DNA of 64,000 nucleotides from Bacteroidales bacterium (GTDB lineage Bacteria > Bacteroidota > Bacteroidia > Bacteroidales > BM520), in contig JAISNV010000033.1 in NCBI GenBank assembly GCA_031276035.1, positions 4,057-68,056 on the forward strand, written 5' to 3'. Made by a program: the position numbers and the translations under genes. Positions within the stretch are counted from its first letter, which is position 1, and the number at the start of each line of letters is the position of its first letter. This document shows positions 28,564-37,684 of the stretch, piece after piece. The notes beneath the pieces are model-generated. The model worked only from the letters and a program-made list of their open reading frames with translations, was not told the origin of the DNA and did not search any database.

Positions 28564-29949
28564 TTATTTGCCGATACAGAATCTGCCAAATATCTCACCA
28601 AGAATATCTTCGGAAGATATTTCTCCTGTTATACTTCCTAAATGATATAGGGCATTTCTTAAATCAATAGCTATTAAATCTGTCGGAACCTTGTTGCTGA
28701 ATGATTCTTTTACGGAAAGTATAGAGTCTAATGCTTTCAGCATGGCCTCGTAATGCCTTGTATTAGTTACTATTGTAGTTCCAGAAATCTTTTTTTGTTC
28801 TACGTAATCGCAAATTTGTTCGGTTATCAAATTAATATTCTCACGTCTTTTAGCGGAAATAAATATTGTATCTAAATCGACTAAAGTTTTAAACCATTTT
28901 GGCAACTCATTCACTTCATCAACTTTGTTTCCAACTAATATCCACTTCTTTGATTTATCTTCAAGATGTTCTGAAAATTCTTTAAGTTCATTTAAAACTT
29001 CCAATTCATCTGTATTACTTAAATCTATTATATGCAAAATTATTTCAGCATTGTTGATTTTTTCAAATGTCCTTTCAATTCCGATCGATTCAATTGTATC
29101 GGTAGTTTTATGCAAACCCGCCGTATCAATAAACCTGAACAAATAACCGTTAATGTTAACAACATCTTCAATAGCATCGCGTGTAGTTCCGGGAATATCG
29201 GAAACAATTGCTTTTTCTTCGTTTAATAAGATATTTAAAAGTGTTGATTTTCCGGCATTAGGCTTTCCGATAATTGCAACGGGGATACCATTCTTCAAGA
29301 CATTTCCCAATTCGAAAGATTTTATCAAGGAATCTAATTCATATTCTATTGTATTTATCAACAGAAACATATCTTCACGATTAGCAAATTCAACATCTTC
29401 TTCACTAAAATCCAATTCAAGTTCAAGTAATGACGATAAAGTAATCATTTTATCTCTTAATTCTTTTATTGAAGATGAATAACCGCCGCGTAAATGTTTT
29501 ATTGCAATATCATGAGCTTGTTTATTTTCTGAAAGTATGAGGTCTGCAACCGCTTCAGATTGGGCAAGATCCAGTTTATTGTTTTTATATGCTCTAAATG
29601 TAAACTCACCAGGCAGAGCTACTCTCGCACCGTTTGATACCAAACTTTCTAATATCTTTTGCTGAATGTAGATTGAACCATGACAATATATCTCTATCAT
29701 ATCTTCACCCGTATAACTTTTTGGTGCCCGGAACATACAAATCATCACTTCATCAAGTATTTCTTCATTGTAGAATATTGTTCCGAACTGCATTGTTGCA
29801 TGTTTCAAAACTTTATCATTCGCCGGATGAAATATTTTAGAAACGATATTCAACGATTCTTCACCGCTAAGTCTTAACACGGCAATTGCACCGTTTCCCT
29901 GAGGAGAAGAAATGGCACAAATCGTATCGGAATTTAAATAATCAAACAT
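28564..29949 (-). CDS. mnmE: tRNA modification GTPase MnmE (TrmE)
   Basis: DTICAISSPQGNGAIAVLRLSG, GKPNAGKSTLLN, DTAG and the C-terminal FCIGK are present. The start was moved to MFDYLN (29949) because the ORF-track start at 30006 overlaps the upstream gene. Confidence 0.93.
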   Translation of the reverse strand: MFDYLNSDTICAISSPQGNGAIAVLRLSGEESLNIVSKIFHPANDKVLKHATMQFGTIFYNEEILDEVMICMFRAPKSYTGEDMIEIYCHGSIYIQQKILESLVSNGARVALPGEFTFRAYKNNKLDLAQSEAVADLILSENKQAHDIAIKHLRGGYSSSIKELRDKMITLSSLLELELDFSEEDVEFANREDMFLLINTIEYELDSLIKSFELGNVLKNGIPVAIIGKPNAGKSTLLNILLNEEKAIVSDIPGTTRDAIEDVVNINGYLFRFIDTAGLHKTTDTIESIGIERTFEKINNAEIILHIIDLSNTDELEVLNELKEFSEHLEDKSKKWILVGNKVDEVNELPKWFKTLVDLDTIFISAKRRENINLITEQICDYVEQKKISGTTIVTNTRHYEAMLKALDSILSVKESFSNKVPTDLIAIDLRNALYHLGSITGEISSEDILGEIFGRFCIGK

Positions 29950-29959
29950 AGTTATATAT

Positions 29960-31423
29960 TTATTTATCAACAAATTCAAAAGCACCAATATCCGGGGCAT
30001 CATCACTTATTCGCGAATTACCGTCAAAATCGCTGGTAATATTCAATGCAGGAGATTCATTAACAACAGACAACGAACCATTATTAACAGCAGGAGATAT
30101 AATAGAATCTAATCTATAGTTGAGCAAATACTTATCTTTAAATATCGGATCTTCATTTCTAATACAATCAGTAAAATAATCTGAAAATTTATCATATTCA
30201 GCATTTGAAATTTTCACAAGTGAGTTTTCTATCTTAATCTGATTATTAGTCGGAGCGCTTTCCAATATTCCTATATTAAATTCATTATCACGACTTCCAT
30301 AAATAATACAATTTCCGAAATAACCATCCAATTCACCATAATAATACGTATTTCCACTTAGATAAAAATTACTTAAGTAAACAGAAGACACGTCGCTCCT
30401 TCCTTTATAGTAATTTGCAAAAGTACAATTACGAAAATCATACTGTCCGCCCATAGACAGATACGCGAGCTGACCCTTACAGGAACTGAAAACACAATTA
30501 GCGGCATAAATCGCATAATTCATTGAAAAAATTCCTGCACTCGACATATTATGTATTTCTACATTATTCAATATCAAAGCATTATTCATCGGTTCATCAA
30601 GTGTTTGTACATGAATACCAACCAATCCGTTTTTTATTACTGCATGATGAAATTCATTATTTTCACTTCCTTCATTAATCCATATCTTTTCCCATTGTCC
30701 GGGAATAGAATCATACCAAGATTCCAATCTATCTCCTTCAAAAACGACTTTATCATCGGCCGTACCTAAGACTTTAATTGTTCCGCCTTTATAAACCCAA
30801 ATACCGCCGTTTGAGTGGAAATGCACGTGAGTTCCGGCTTCTATAATTAGCGTTCCCGTTGAATCGACAACAGCATAACCGTAAACTACGTAAGGCTTTT
30901 GGGAATTCCAGACAACAACATTATTAGAATCGGCAACAATTTTATAAGAGGGCAATCCTTCGCGGAAAGTATCGGCAATAATATAGTTTGCATCTTGTCC
31001 CCAAGCAAGTAATTTAACATATTGTCGCGATTTTTCCAAACTGAAACAAATCGAATCTTCGACAATCAAAGGTGAATTGACATTATTAGGGTCAATTCTA
31101 ACTTGAGCAAATATATAAATACTATCATTCGGTTCTATTTGAACATCTTCAAAAGCATATCCGGAAACGCCATTAACATTAATATTATATTGCGATTGCT
31201 GTCCGCCGGCTACATGAATATTAGAAATTATAATATAATCATCCGTGTTATTATACACTTTTAAAGTGCGCATAGAAGAACCTTGCGTTGTAAAAACAGT
31301 ATCAAACATTAAAGTATCGGCAGAAAACTTTAATTCGGCATCGCGAATATAACCGGCATTATCACATGAAAATAATGCAAATAAAGAAATTGAAAAAAGT
31401 AAGGGAATAAGTCTTTTATACAT
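29960..31423 (-). CDS. Lipoprotein, probably with right-handed parallel beta-helix repeats
   Basis: The lipobox is LFALFSC. Repeated N/G-rich beta-helix-like turns are present, and the C-terminal DAPDIGAFEF is common in pectate-lyase-fold proteins. Confidence 0.5.
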   Translation of the reverse strand: MYKRLIPLLFSISLFALFSCDNAGYIRDAELKFSADTLMFDTVFTTQGSSMRTLKVYNNTDDYIIISNIHVAGGQQSQYNINVNGVSGYAFEDVQIEPNDSIYIFAQVRIDPNNVNSPLIVEDSICFSLEKSRQYVKLLAWGQDANYIIADTFREGLPSYKIVADSNNVVVWNSQKPYVVYGYAVVDSTGTLIIEAGTHVHFHSNGGIWVYKGGTIKVLGTADDKVVFEGDRLESWYDSIPGQWEKIWINEGSENNEFHHAVIKNGLVGIHVQTLDEPMNNALILNNVEIHNMSSAGIFSMNYAIYAANCVFSSCKGQLAYLSMGGQYDFRNCTFANYYKGRSDVSSVYLSNFYLSGNTYYYGELDGYFGNCIIYGSRDNEFNIGILESAPTNNQIKIENSLVKISNAEYDKFSDYFTDCIRNEDPIFKDKYLLNYRLDSIISPAVNNGSLSVVNESPALNITSDFDGNSRISDDAPDIGAFEFVDK

Positions 31424-31442
31424 CGTTTTTAATTATAAAATG

Positions 31443-31450
31443 CAAATTTA
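31443..31450 (-). promoter_or_regulatory. -7 promoter box for the lipoprotein-mnmE operon
   Basis: The reverse complement is TAAATTTG, 20 nt upstream of the ATG at 31423. Confidence 0.45.
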
Positions 31451-31639
31451 ATTATTTCTTTTTGATAACGTTGTTATGGCGGTAATAATTGTCCGGTAAG
31501 TCTGTTCATAATAAGTTTGAAGTTACATTGAATACTTGTATGTTTTACAGTCACAATATTTCCATACATCATGTTACTTATCAGTATTTATCACAAATAA
31601 TTATTTTTGTTAAAACCATTGTCATATCCGAAAAATTTG

Positions 31640-31647
31640 TATCTTTG
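31640..31647 (+). promoter_or_regulatory. -7 promoter box for tRNA-Arg
   Basis: TATCTTTG lies 14 nt upstream of the mature tRNA 5' end. Confidence 0.5.
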
Positions 31648-31660
31648 CACTCCGAAAATC

Positions 31661-31735
31661 GGTTCCGTAGCTCAGTCGGATTAGAGCAACAGCCTTCTAA
31701 GCTGTGGGTCGCGCGTTCGAGTCGCGCCGGAATCA
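31661..31735 (+). tRNA. tRNA-Arg (anticodon TCT)
   Basis: The cloverleaf was folded by hand: acceptor GGTTCCG/CGGAATC, D stem GCTC/GAGC, anticodon stem ACAGC/GCTGT with loop CTTCTAA, and T arm GCGCG-TTCGAGT-CGCGC. CCA is not encoded. Confidence 0.92.
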
Positions 31736-31743
31736 CAAACCAA

Positions 31744-31770
31744 AAGGCTGTCATACAAAGACAGCTTTTT
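31744..31770 (+). terminator. Rho-independent terminator after tRNA-Arg
   Basis: AAGGCTGTC pairs with GACAGCTTT (7-nt loop), followed by a T run. Confidence 0.6.
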
Positions 31771-31788
31771 GCATTTTATGCCGTAACT

Positions 31789-32562
31789 ATGAATCCTGAA
31801 ACCGCTACAATCTTAGAAAAATATCAAAAATATTTTGAGAATCCTGAATTTATTGAAAACGACCCGATTTCAATTCCTCATAAATTTTCAAAAAAAGAAG
31901 ATATAGAAATCGCCGGATTCTTATCTGCAACAATTGCATGGGGTAATCGAAAAGCAATAATCAATAGTTGCAACAATATGATTGAAAGAATGGACTATGC
32001 TCCTTACGATTTTATCATCAATGCAAATAATAGGGATATTTCTGTTCTGAACGGATTTTATTACAGGACTTTTCAAGAATGTGACATTTTTTACTTTATT
32101 CAATCGTTGAGTAATATATACAGGAACCGCGCAGGAATGGAAGAAATTTTCCTAAAAGGATATAATTCTTCTGATACTGATAAGATTAAGCACGCTATAT
32201 CCTATTTCCGTGAAGTTTTTTTTGAGACTGAATTTCCTCAAAGAGTTACAAAACATGTTGCAAATCCGATGAAAGGTGCTGCGGCAAAACGTATCAATAT
32301 GTTTTTACGCTGGATGGTAAGAAGTAATGATAAAGGCATCGATTTTGGAATCTGGAAAAATATTTCCCCTGCCGATTTGATTATTCCTTTGGATGTGCAT
32401 GTAGGAAATACGGCAAGAGAACTCGGACTATTTAACAGTAATGCCAATAATTGGAATGCTGCCGAAATAGTTACAAACGAACTAAAAACTCTTGATAATA
32501 ATGATCCCGTAAAATATGATTTCGCACTTTTCGGTATCAGCAATTCAAAAATCATTTTGTAG
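31789..32562 (+). CDS. TIGR02757/DUF2400-family protein
   Basis: The start was reset to MNPETATILEKY because the ORF-track version (31489) runs through the tRNA. DPISIPHKF..EIAGFLSATIAWGNRK and the PLDVHV blocks are typical of this family. Confidence 0.7.
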   Translation: MNPETATILEKYQKYFENPEFIENDPISIPHKFSKKEDIEIAGFLSATIAWGNRKAIINSCNNMIERMDYAPYDFIINANNRDISVLNGFYYRTFQECDIFYFIQSLSNIYRNRAGMEEIFLKGYNSSDTDKIKHAISYFREVFFETEFPQRVTKHVANPMKGAAAKRINMFLRWMVRSNDKGIDFGIWKNISPADLIIPLDVHVGNTARELGLFNSNANNWNAAEIVTNELKTLDNNDPVKYDFALFGISNSKIIL

Positions 32563-33186
32563 ATGAGTGAAAAAGAATATAAAATCTTTTTTTCAAAAAT
32601 CATTGACATCAATGATCTTTCGATGTTTCTTGCAGAAGAAGATTGGGAGTATTTAAGTAAATTCAATAATAAGATTGTTAAATCGCGATCCGCAACTGCA
32701 AGATATTTAATAAGAAAATATCTTCAGGAAAATTTCCCTGATAACTATGCAGAATTTCGTATAGACTTAGAAAGCGGAAATAAACCTTTTTTTGAGAATA
32801 CTGATACGTTACATTTCAGCATAAGTCATTCCGCCGAGATAGTTACAGTTTTATTTTCCAAGTCCAAGTGCGGAGTAGATATTGAAATAATAAAAAGCTA
32901 TCGTAAAGATATTGCCGAAAAATTCTTTCATAAAAAAGAATTTGAATATTTGGAATCAATTACGGACACAAAGAATCAGTCCGAAGAGTTTTATCGGATA
33001 TGGACAGTAAAAGAAGCTTTCCAAAAACTTAACGGCGAAGGAATTTTCGGCGGATTATCAAGTTTTTACGTAGACGAAAAGTGGCAAATAATAAATAAAT
33101 ATGATATAATAGAGGATGTTACGATTATATCCGAAAAGAAATTATTTGATAATAATTTGTATTATTGTACATCAATAATTACTTAA
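32563..33186 (+). CDS. 4'-phosphopantetheinyl transferase (Sfp type)
   Basis: FSISHSAEIVTVLFSKSKCGVDIE and WTVKEAFQKLNGEG are the PPTase motifs. The ATG directly abuts the upstream TAG. Confidence 0.8.
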   Translation: MSEKEYKIFFSKIIDINDLSMFLAEEDWEYLSKFNNKIVKSRSATARYLIRKYLQENFPDNYAEFRIDLESGNKPFFENTDTLHFSISHSAEIVTVLFSKSKCGVDIEIIKSYRKDIAEKFFHKKEFEYLESITDTKNQSEEFYRIWTVKEAFQKLNGEGIFGGLSSFYVDEKWQIINKYDIIEDVTIISEKKLFDNNLYYCTSIIT

Positions 33187-33297
33187 AATTCGAGATTTGT
33201 AAATCCACATCAAAGTATATTTATTCATTATTTTAAATAACCGATAAGATTACAAATTATCAAGATTTACATAATTAATTTAAATAAGCAAATTTCC

Positions 33298-34509
33298 TTA
33301 TTTATTATGCATCATCTCTTTAATCGCTTCCGCCAATCTTTTTATTCCTTCTTCAGCAGTTGATTTATCAGAATAAGAAAAATTAATTCTCATAGTATTT
33401 CTTCCACTGCCATCGCAGAAGAATGTATAACCTTGAACAAAAGCTACCTTCTTTTCTATAGCTTTAAAAAACAATTCGTCGGAATCAATATATTCCGGCA
33501 GCGTTACCAAAAGGAATAATCCGCCTTCAGGATGAGTCCAGCTAACTCCTTTAGGAAAATATTTTTCAAAACAACGTATGATATTATTCCTTTTATCTCT
33601 GTATTCATCTACAATTTTACCGATATTTTTATTGAATAAACCTTTGTGCAAATACAATCCGGCAATTTTTTGAAGAAAGGCCGAAGTACATAAATCGGCA
33701 GTTTGTTTAGCCTGAACGAATTTCTCCAAAACATCTGCATTAGCAATAATCCAACCGAGGCGAAATCCGGGGCAGAATGATTTTGAAAATGTTCCCAATG
33801 TAATAACCAAACCTTGGTCATCTAAAGCATACAGCATTGTTTGCGGCTCTCCGTCGAAACGAATTTCTCTGTACGGACTATCTTCAACAACTAATATTTG
33901 ATATTTTTGAGCAATAGCAATAATTTCCTTTCTGCGAGAAACCGGCATTGTTATTCCTGCAGGATTCTGAAAATCAGGAATCAAATAAATAAACTTCGGA
34001 GCTTTACCTTTATTTTTAAGTTCTATGATTTGTCTTTCCAATTCTTCGGCATTCATTCCATATTTATCAGGTTTTATTCCGATAAATTGTGCACCGTAAA
34101 CCTTAAACGCATTTAAACCGCCAAGATATGAAGGAAGTTCGCAAATAATAATATCACCCGGATTAATAAAAATTTTCCCAAGTAAATCCAAAGACTGTTG
34201 CGAGGCAGTAGTAATTACAAAATTATCACGAGTAACCTTACAACCTTCCTCTGTATATCTTTTCACTAGTTCATCTCTTAAAAGGTTATCACCTTCGGTG
34301 GTTCCGTATTGCAAAGCAGCGGCGCCGTCATTCATAATTACCTCATCGGATATCTTTTTAATATCATCATAAGGAAAAGAAGTAGGAGAAGGTAATCCGC
34401 CCGCAAAAGAAATAATATCCGGTTGCTGAGTAAGTTTCAAACACTCGCGGATTGCAGAGCGTTCCATGCGTTTTGCTTCATTCGAAAATAAATTATCAAT
34501 ATTTATCAT
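33298..34509 (-). CDS. PLP-dependent aminotransferase, class I/II (ARO8/LysN-like)
   Basis: FAGGLPSP, the NPAG motif, and GTFSKSFCPGFRLGW (PLP Lys) are present. Confidence 0.85.
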   Translation of the reverse strand: MINIDNLFSNEAKRMERSAIRECLKLTQQPDIISFAGGLPSPTSFPYDDIKKISDEVIMNDGAAALQYGTTEGDNLLRDELVKRYTEEGCKVTRDNFVITTASQQSLDLLGKIFINPGDIIICELPSYLGGLNAFKVYGAQFIGIKPDKYGMNAEELERQIIELKNKGKAPKFIYLIPDFQNPAGITMPVSRRKEIIAIAQKYQILVVEDSPYREIRFDGEPQTMLYALDDQGLVITLGTFSKSFCPGFRLGWIIANADVLEKFVQAKQTADLCTSAFLQKIAGLYLHKGLFNKNIGKIVDEYRDKRNNIIRCFEKYFPKGVSWTHPEGGLFLLVTLPEYIDSDELFFKAIEKKVAFVQGYTFFCDGSGRNTMRINFSYSDKSTAEEGIKRLAEAIKEMMHNK

Positions 34510-34527
34510 AATTTTAGAAATTTTCTA

Positions 34528-34535
34528 CAAAGTTA
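34528..34535 (-). promoter_or_regulatory. -7 promoter box for the aminotransferase gene
   Basis: The reverse complement is TAACTTTG, 19 nt upstream of the ATG at 34509. Confidence 0.45.
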
Positions 34536-34559
34536 CAATTTTTTATTTGAAATAATAAT

Positions 34560-34567
34560 TATCTTTG
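34560..34567 (+). promoter_or_regulatory. -7 promoter box for ilvE
   Basis: TATCTTTG lies 26 nt upstream of the ATG at 34594. Confidence 0.45.
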
Positions 34568-34593
34568 CTTTTTAAACCTTAAAATTAGATATA

Positions 34594-35607
34594 ATGAATA
34601 TTGAATGGGGAAACCTGCCTTTTGGTTATTACAAAACCGACTATAACATCAGATGTTACTATAGAAATGGTAAATGGGGAGAGTTAGAAGTCTCATCATC
34701 AGAGTATATTCCTATGCATATGGCAGCAACTGCCTTACATTACGGCCAAGAAGCATTTGAAGGATTAAAAGCTTTCAAAGGCAAAGACGGTCGCATCAGA
34801 ATTTTTCGCTGGGATGAAAATTGGAAACGCTTAAACAATTCTGCCGAAGGTATAATGATGCCAAAAATTTCTAAAGAACTTTTCGGCGAAGCTATTAAAA
34901 AAGTCATAAAATTAAACGAAGAATATGTACCGCCTTACGGAACGGGAGCTTCTTTATATTTACGTCCTTTATTAATAGGTACCGGTGCACAAGTAGGTGT
35001 TAAACCGGCAGTAGAATATTGTTTGATAATTTTTGTAACTCCGGTCGGACCATATTTTAAGCAAGGTTTCAAACCTGTAAAGGTTCAGTTGGTCAGAGAT
35101 TACGACAGAGCCGCTCCTTTGGGCACAGGTCACATTAAAGTTGGCGGAAACTATGCCGCAAGCTTACGCGCTTCTGAAAGAGCACATGCTGAAGGCTATT
35201 CAACAGTACTATTCTTAGATGCTAAAGAGAAAAAATATATTGACGAAGCCGGTCCTGCAAACTTTTTCGGAATTAAAAACAATACCTATATAACTCCAGA
35301 TTCGGTTTCGATTTTACCTTCAATTACCAATATGAGTTTGAGAATTATTGCCGAGGATCTCGGGTTAAAAGTTGAACGCAGACATGTTGCTGTTGATGAG
35401 TTAGGTACATTTGACGAAGCCGGTGCTTGTGGAACCGCTGCAGTTATCTCACCTATCGGTGAAATTTTCGATAGAAGCAATAACGTTACTTTTGTTCTCA
35501 GCAAAGACGGCAACCCCGGTCCGATAAGCACAAAATTATATGAAAGATTATTAGCTATACAAAACGGTGATTACGAAGATACCCATGGCTGGATAGACTT
35601 TGTTTAA
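34594..35607 (+). CDS. ilvE: Branched-chain amino acid aminotransferase (class IV)
   Basis: HYGQEAFEGLKAF, LYLRPLLIG, KVGGNYAASL and GACGTAAVISPI are present. Confidence 0.9.
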   Translation: MNIEWGNLPFGYYKTDYNIRCYYRNGKWGELEVSSSEYIPMHMAATALHYGQEAFEGLKAFKGKDGRIRIFRWDENWKRLNNSAEGIMMPKISKELFGEAIKKVIKLNEEYVPPYGTGASLYLRPLLIGTGAQVGVKPAVEYCLIIFVTPVGPYFKQGFKPVKVQLVRDYDRAAPLGTGHIKVGGNYAASLRASERAHAEGYSTVLFLDAKEKKYIDEAGPANFFGIKNNTYITPDSVSILPSITNMSLRIIAEDLGLKVERRHVAVDELGTFDEAGACGTAAVISPIGEIFDRSNNVTFVLSKDGNPGPISTKLYERLLAIQNGDYEDTHGWIDFV

Positions 35608-35628
35608 TACTAATTTTATTAATATACT

Positions 35629-36096
35629 ATGGAAAAATTTGATTATACATTAATCCCTAAAGTCGGCATCGGCAAAATTAAATTCGGTACAACTCTCGAA
35701 GAAATAATCAAGATTCTTGGCGAAGCCGATGAGATGGAAGAGTTCAATGATGAAGACTTTTTCAATACAACTTTATTAACTTATTCCGATTTAGAAATCG
35801 ATTTATTTTTTGAAGGACAGGATAACCTCGTTTTCTCTGCAATAGGAGTTGATAATAACGAAGCTACGCTTTTCGACAAAAAGATCTTCGAAATGAGTGA
35901 AGATGAATTAATTAAACTCATGAAGAAGAATGGTTTCAATGAAGTTGATATCAATATTGATGAGGAATATGACGAAAAATGTGTTTCTTTTGAAGATGCA
36001 AGTTTCGATTTTTATTTTGATAACGAAGGAAAGTTAATTTCCGTAAATTTTGGGGTCTTAGTTTCCGAAGACGGCGAAATTATTGATATTGAGTAA
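35629..36096 (+). CDS. Hypothetical small acidic cytoplasmic protein
   Basis: This is a 155-aa ORF with no recognisable motif. Confidence 0.6.
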   Translation: MEKFDYTLIPKVGIGKIKFGTTLEEIIKILGEADEMEEFNDEDFFNTTLLTYSDLEIDLFFEGQDNLVFSAIGVDNNEATLFDKKIFEMSEDELIKLMKKNGFNEVDINIDEEYDEKCVSFEDASFDFYFDNEGKLISVNFGVLVSEDGEIIDIE

Positions 36097-36099
36097 ATT

Positions 36100-37005
36100 T
36101 TATAAATCGTTAAACGGGTGATATTTATCGACAGCATCGCGAAGATGCTGTTTATCTATGTGTGTATATATTTCCGTAGTAAGAATAGATTCGTGTCCCA
36201 ACATATCTTGTACAATTCTTATATCCGCTCCTCTTTGTATCATGTGAGTTGCAAATGAATGTCTAAATGTATGAGGACTAACATTTTTCTTTATCCCCGC
36301 TTTATCTGTGAGTTCTTTGACAATGATAAAAATCATTTCGCGAGACAATTTTCCACCTCCCCTATTCAGGAATAAAATGTCTTCGGCATTTTTTACAGGT
36401 GAAATATGAATTCTATAATTATCAAAATAAAGATTGATTTGTTTTAGTGCCGTTTTGCCAAGCGGCACTAATCTTTCTTTATTACCTTTTCCCTTAACTT
36501 TGATAAACATCGAATCTTTATCGATATCCGAAATTCTAAGATTTATCAATTCTGAAACTCTAAGCCCGCAACTGTATAACATTTCAATAATCGCTTTATT
36601 TCTTTGTCCGTTCGGATTACTCAAATCAATACTATCAATAATTTTATTTATATCTTCCAAATTCAAAACATCAGGAAGTTTTCTATCCTGTTGCGGCAAC
36701 TCTATCATATCCATAGGGCTTTCTTGAACTAATTTTTCAAGTCGCAAATACTTAAAAAAAGACCTGAGAGAAGAAATAATTCGCGATTGCGTTCTTTTAC
36801 TCTTCTTTTCTTCATTAACAATAATCAGGTATTCCGAAATAATGTTCGAATCAATATCGCGTATATTTATTTCACTGTATTTCTCATTAATGAATTGCAG
36901 GAAAAATCTGATATCTCTCAAATAGCTTTCGATAGTATTATCGGAAAAAGATCTTTCGATTTTAAGATAAGAAGAATAGCTGTTGAAGTATTGTTGAGTA
37001 TTCAT
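36100..37005 (-). CDS. xerD: Site-specific tyrosine recombinase XerD
   Basis: The N-terminal SAM-like domain (YLKIERSFSDNTIESYLRDIRFF), GLRVSEL, HTFRHSFATHM and LGHESILTTEIYTH (R-H-R-Y) are present. Confidence 0.85.
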   Translation of the reverse strand: MNTQQYFNSYSSYLKIERSFSDNTIESYLRDIRFFLQFINEKYSEINIRDIDSNIISEYLIIVNEEKKSKRTQSRIISSLRSFFKYLRLEKLVQESPMDMIELPQQDRKLPDVLNLEDINKIIDSIDLSNPNGQRNKAIIEMLYSCGLRVSELINLRISDIDKDSMFIKVKGKGNKERLVPLGKTALKQINLYFDNYRIHISPVKNAEDILFLNRGGGKLSREMIFIIVKELTDKAGIKKNVSPHTFRHSFATHMIQRGADIRIVQDMLGHESILTTEIYTHIDKQHLRDAVDKYHPFNDL

Positions 37006-37011
37006 AAGGAT

Positions 37012-37040
37012 AAAAAATTAAAGGCTACCTAAGTAGCCTT
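37012..37040 (-). terminator. Rho-independent terminator after tRNA-Leu
   Basis: AAGGCTAC-CTAA-GTAGCCTT forms an 8-bp stem, and on the minus strand TAATTTTTTA follows it. Confidence 0.6.
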
Positions 37041-37049
37041 TAGTGTTAG

Positions 37050-37134
37050 TACCCGGGGTGGGACTTGAACCCACACGCCTGCAATAGGCAAGGGATTTTA
37101 AGTCCCTCGTGTCTACCAATTCCACCACCTGGGC
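37050..37134 (-). tRNA. tRNA-Leu (anticodon TAA), class II with a long variable arm
   Basis: The reverse complement reads GCCCAGGTGGTGGAATTGGTAGACACGAGGGACTTAAAATCCCTTGCCTATTGCAGGCGTGTGGGTTCAAGTCCCACCCCGGGTA. The anticodon loop is CTTAAAA. As I fold it, the acceptor stem has a G1-U72 pair and an A5/C68 mismatch. Confidence 0.85.
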
Positions 37135-37144
37135 GCCCTTGGTT

Positions 37145-37171
37145 AAAAAAAGAGTCTCCGAATGAGACTTT
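37145..37171 (-). terminator. Terminator-like hairpin between tRNA-Gly and tRNA-Leu
   Basis: On the minus strand, AAGTCTC-ATTCG-GAGACTCT is followed by T7. Confidence 0.5.
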
Positions 37172-37178
37172 CTTTTTG

Positions 37179-37251
37179 AGCGGAAGACGAGACTCGAACT
37201 CGCGACCCTAACCTTGGCAAGGTTATGCTCTACCAACTGAGCTACTTCCGC
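37179..37251 (-). tRNA. tRNA-Gly (anticodon GCC)
   Basis: The reverse complement reads GCGGAAGTAGCTCAGTTGGTAGAGCATAACCTTGCCAAGGTTAGGGTCGCGAGTTCGAGTCTCGTCTTCCGCT. The anticodon loop is TTGCCAA. Confidence 0.92.
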
Positions 37252-37282
37252 AAAGCATGCAAAACTTTCCATTTTTGCGTTG

Positions 37283-37290
37283 CAAAGATA
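37283..37290 (-). promoter_or_regulatory. -7 promoter box for the tRNA-Gly/tRNA-Leu unit
   Basis: The reverse complement is TATCTTTG, about 32 nt upstream of the tRNA-Gly 5' end. Confidence 0.4.
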
Positions 37291-37639
37291 CTACTTTTTT
37301 TGAAAAAATGATTTTTTTGAAATATTTTTTTTCTGAAATATTTTTATTTAATTACTTATAATAATTTGTTGTTGATTTTCATGTTTTTCTCTAATTGAAA
37401 AAACGAAAAAGTATTATGCAAGTGAAATTAGAATAAATTAAATCCATAATATTTTTGATATAATATCCTTTGGAAAACAAAAATTTTTAATAACACAATT
37501 ACTTTAGACTTAGAAAATTCAACTCAACTTAGAAAGTAATCCTTAAATAATTTATCGGTTCTTATGCAATATCTATTTTATTTCAAAATTAAGTTGATAA
37601 TTTATTAAATATTCTATTTTAATTTTTCTCAATTTTTAC

Positions 37640-37647
37640 TACATTTG
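37640..37647 (+). promoter_or_regulatory. -7 promoter box for gatE-gatD
   Basis: TACATTTG lies 37 nt upstream of the ATG at 37685. Confidence 0.45.
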
Positions 37648-37684
37648 CAATCTTCAAATTAAAAACAACAAAAGTTTACATTTA

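Noticed and set aside
31690-31700. At first glance the anticodon loop looked as if it carried CTA, which would make this an amber-suppressor tRNA.
   Set aside because: Once the 5-bp anticodon stem ACAGC/GCTGT is placed, the 7-nt loop is CTTCTAA. With U33 and A37 in their canonical positions, the anticodon is TCT (Arg).
31489-31788. The ORF-track CDS 31489-32562 has a long N-terminal extension (357 aa).
   Set aside because: The extension reads straight through tRNA-Arg (31661-31735), its promoter box and its terminator. The conserved DUF2400-like sequence begins at the ATG at 31789.
36100-37251. A tyrosine recombinase next to two tRNA genes could mark the integrase end of an integrative element.
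   Set aside because: The protein has the size and the N-terminal and C-terminal motifs of housekeeping XerD. I saw no duplicated tRNA 3'-end direct repeat nearby, and the neighbouring genes (ilvE, aminotransferase, gatDE) are not mobile-element cargo.
37018-37272. An 84-aa minus-strand ORF.
   Set aside because: It is entirely composed of tRNA-Leu, tRNA-Gly and their hairpins, so it is an artefact.
37294-37345. Three imperfect TTTTTTTGAAATATT-like direct repeats upstream of the tRNA promoter.
   Set aside because: They are low-complexity T/A words in a 20% GC spacer and cannot be distinguished from chance or from generic UP-element-like AT tracts.
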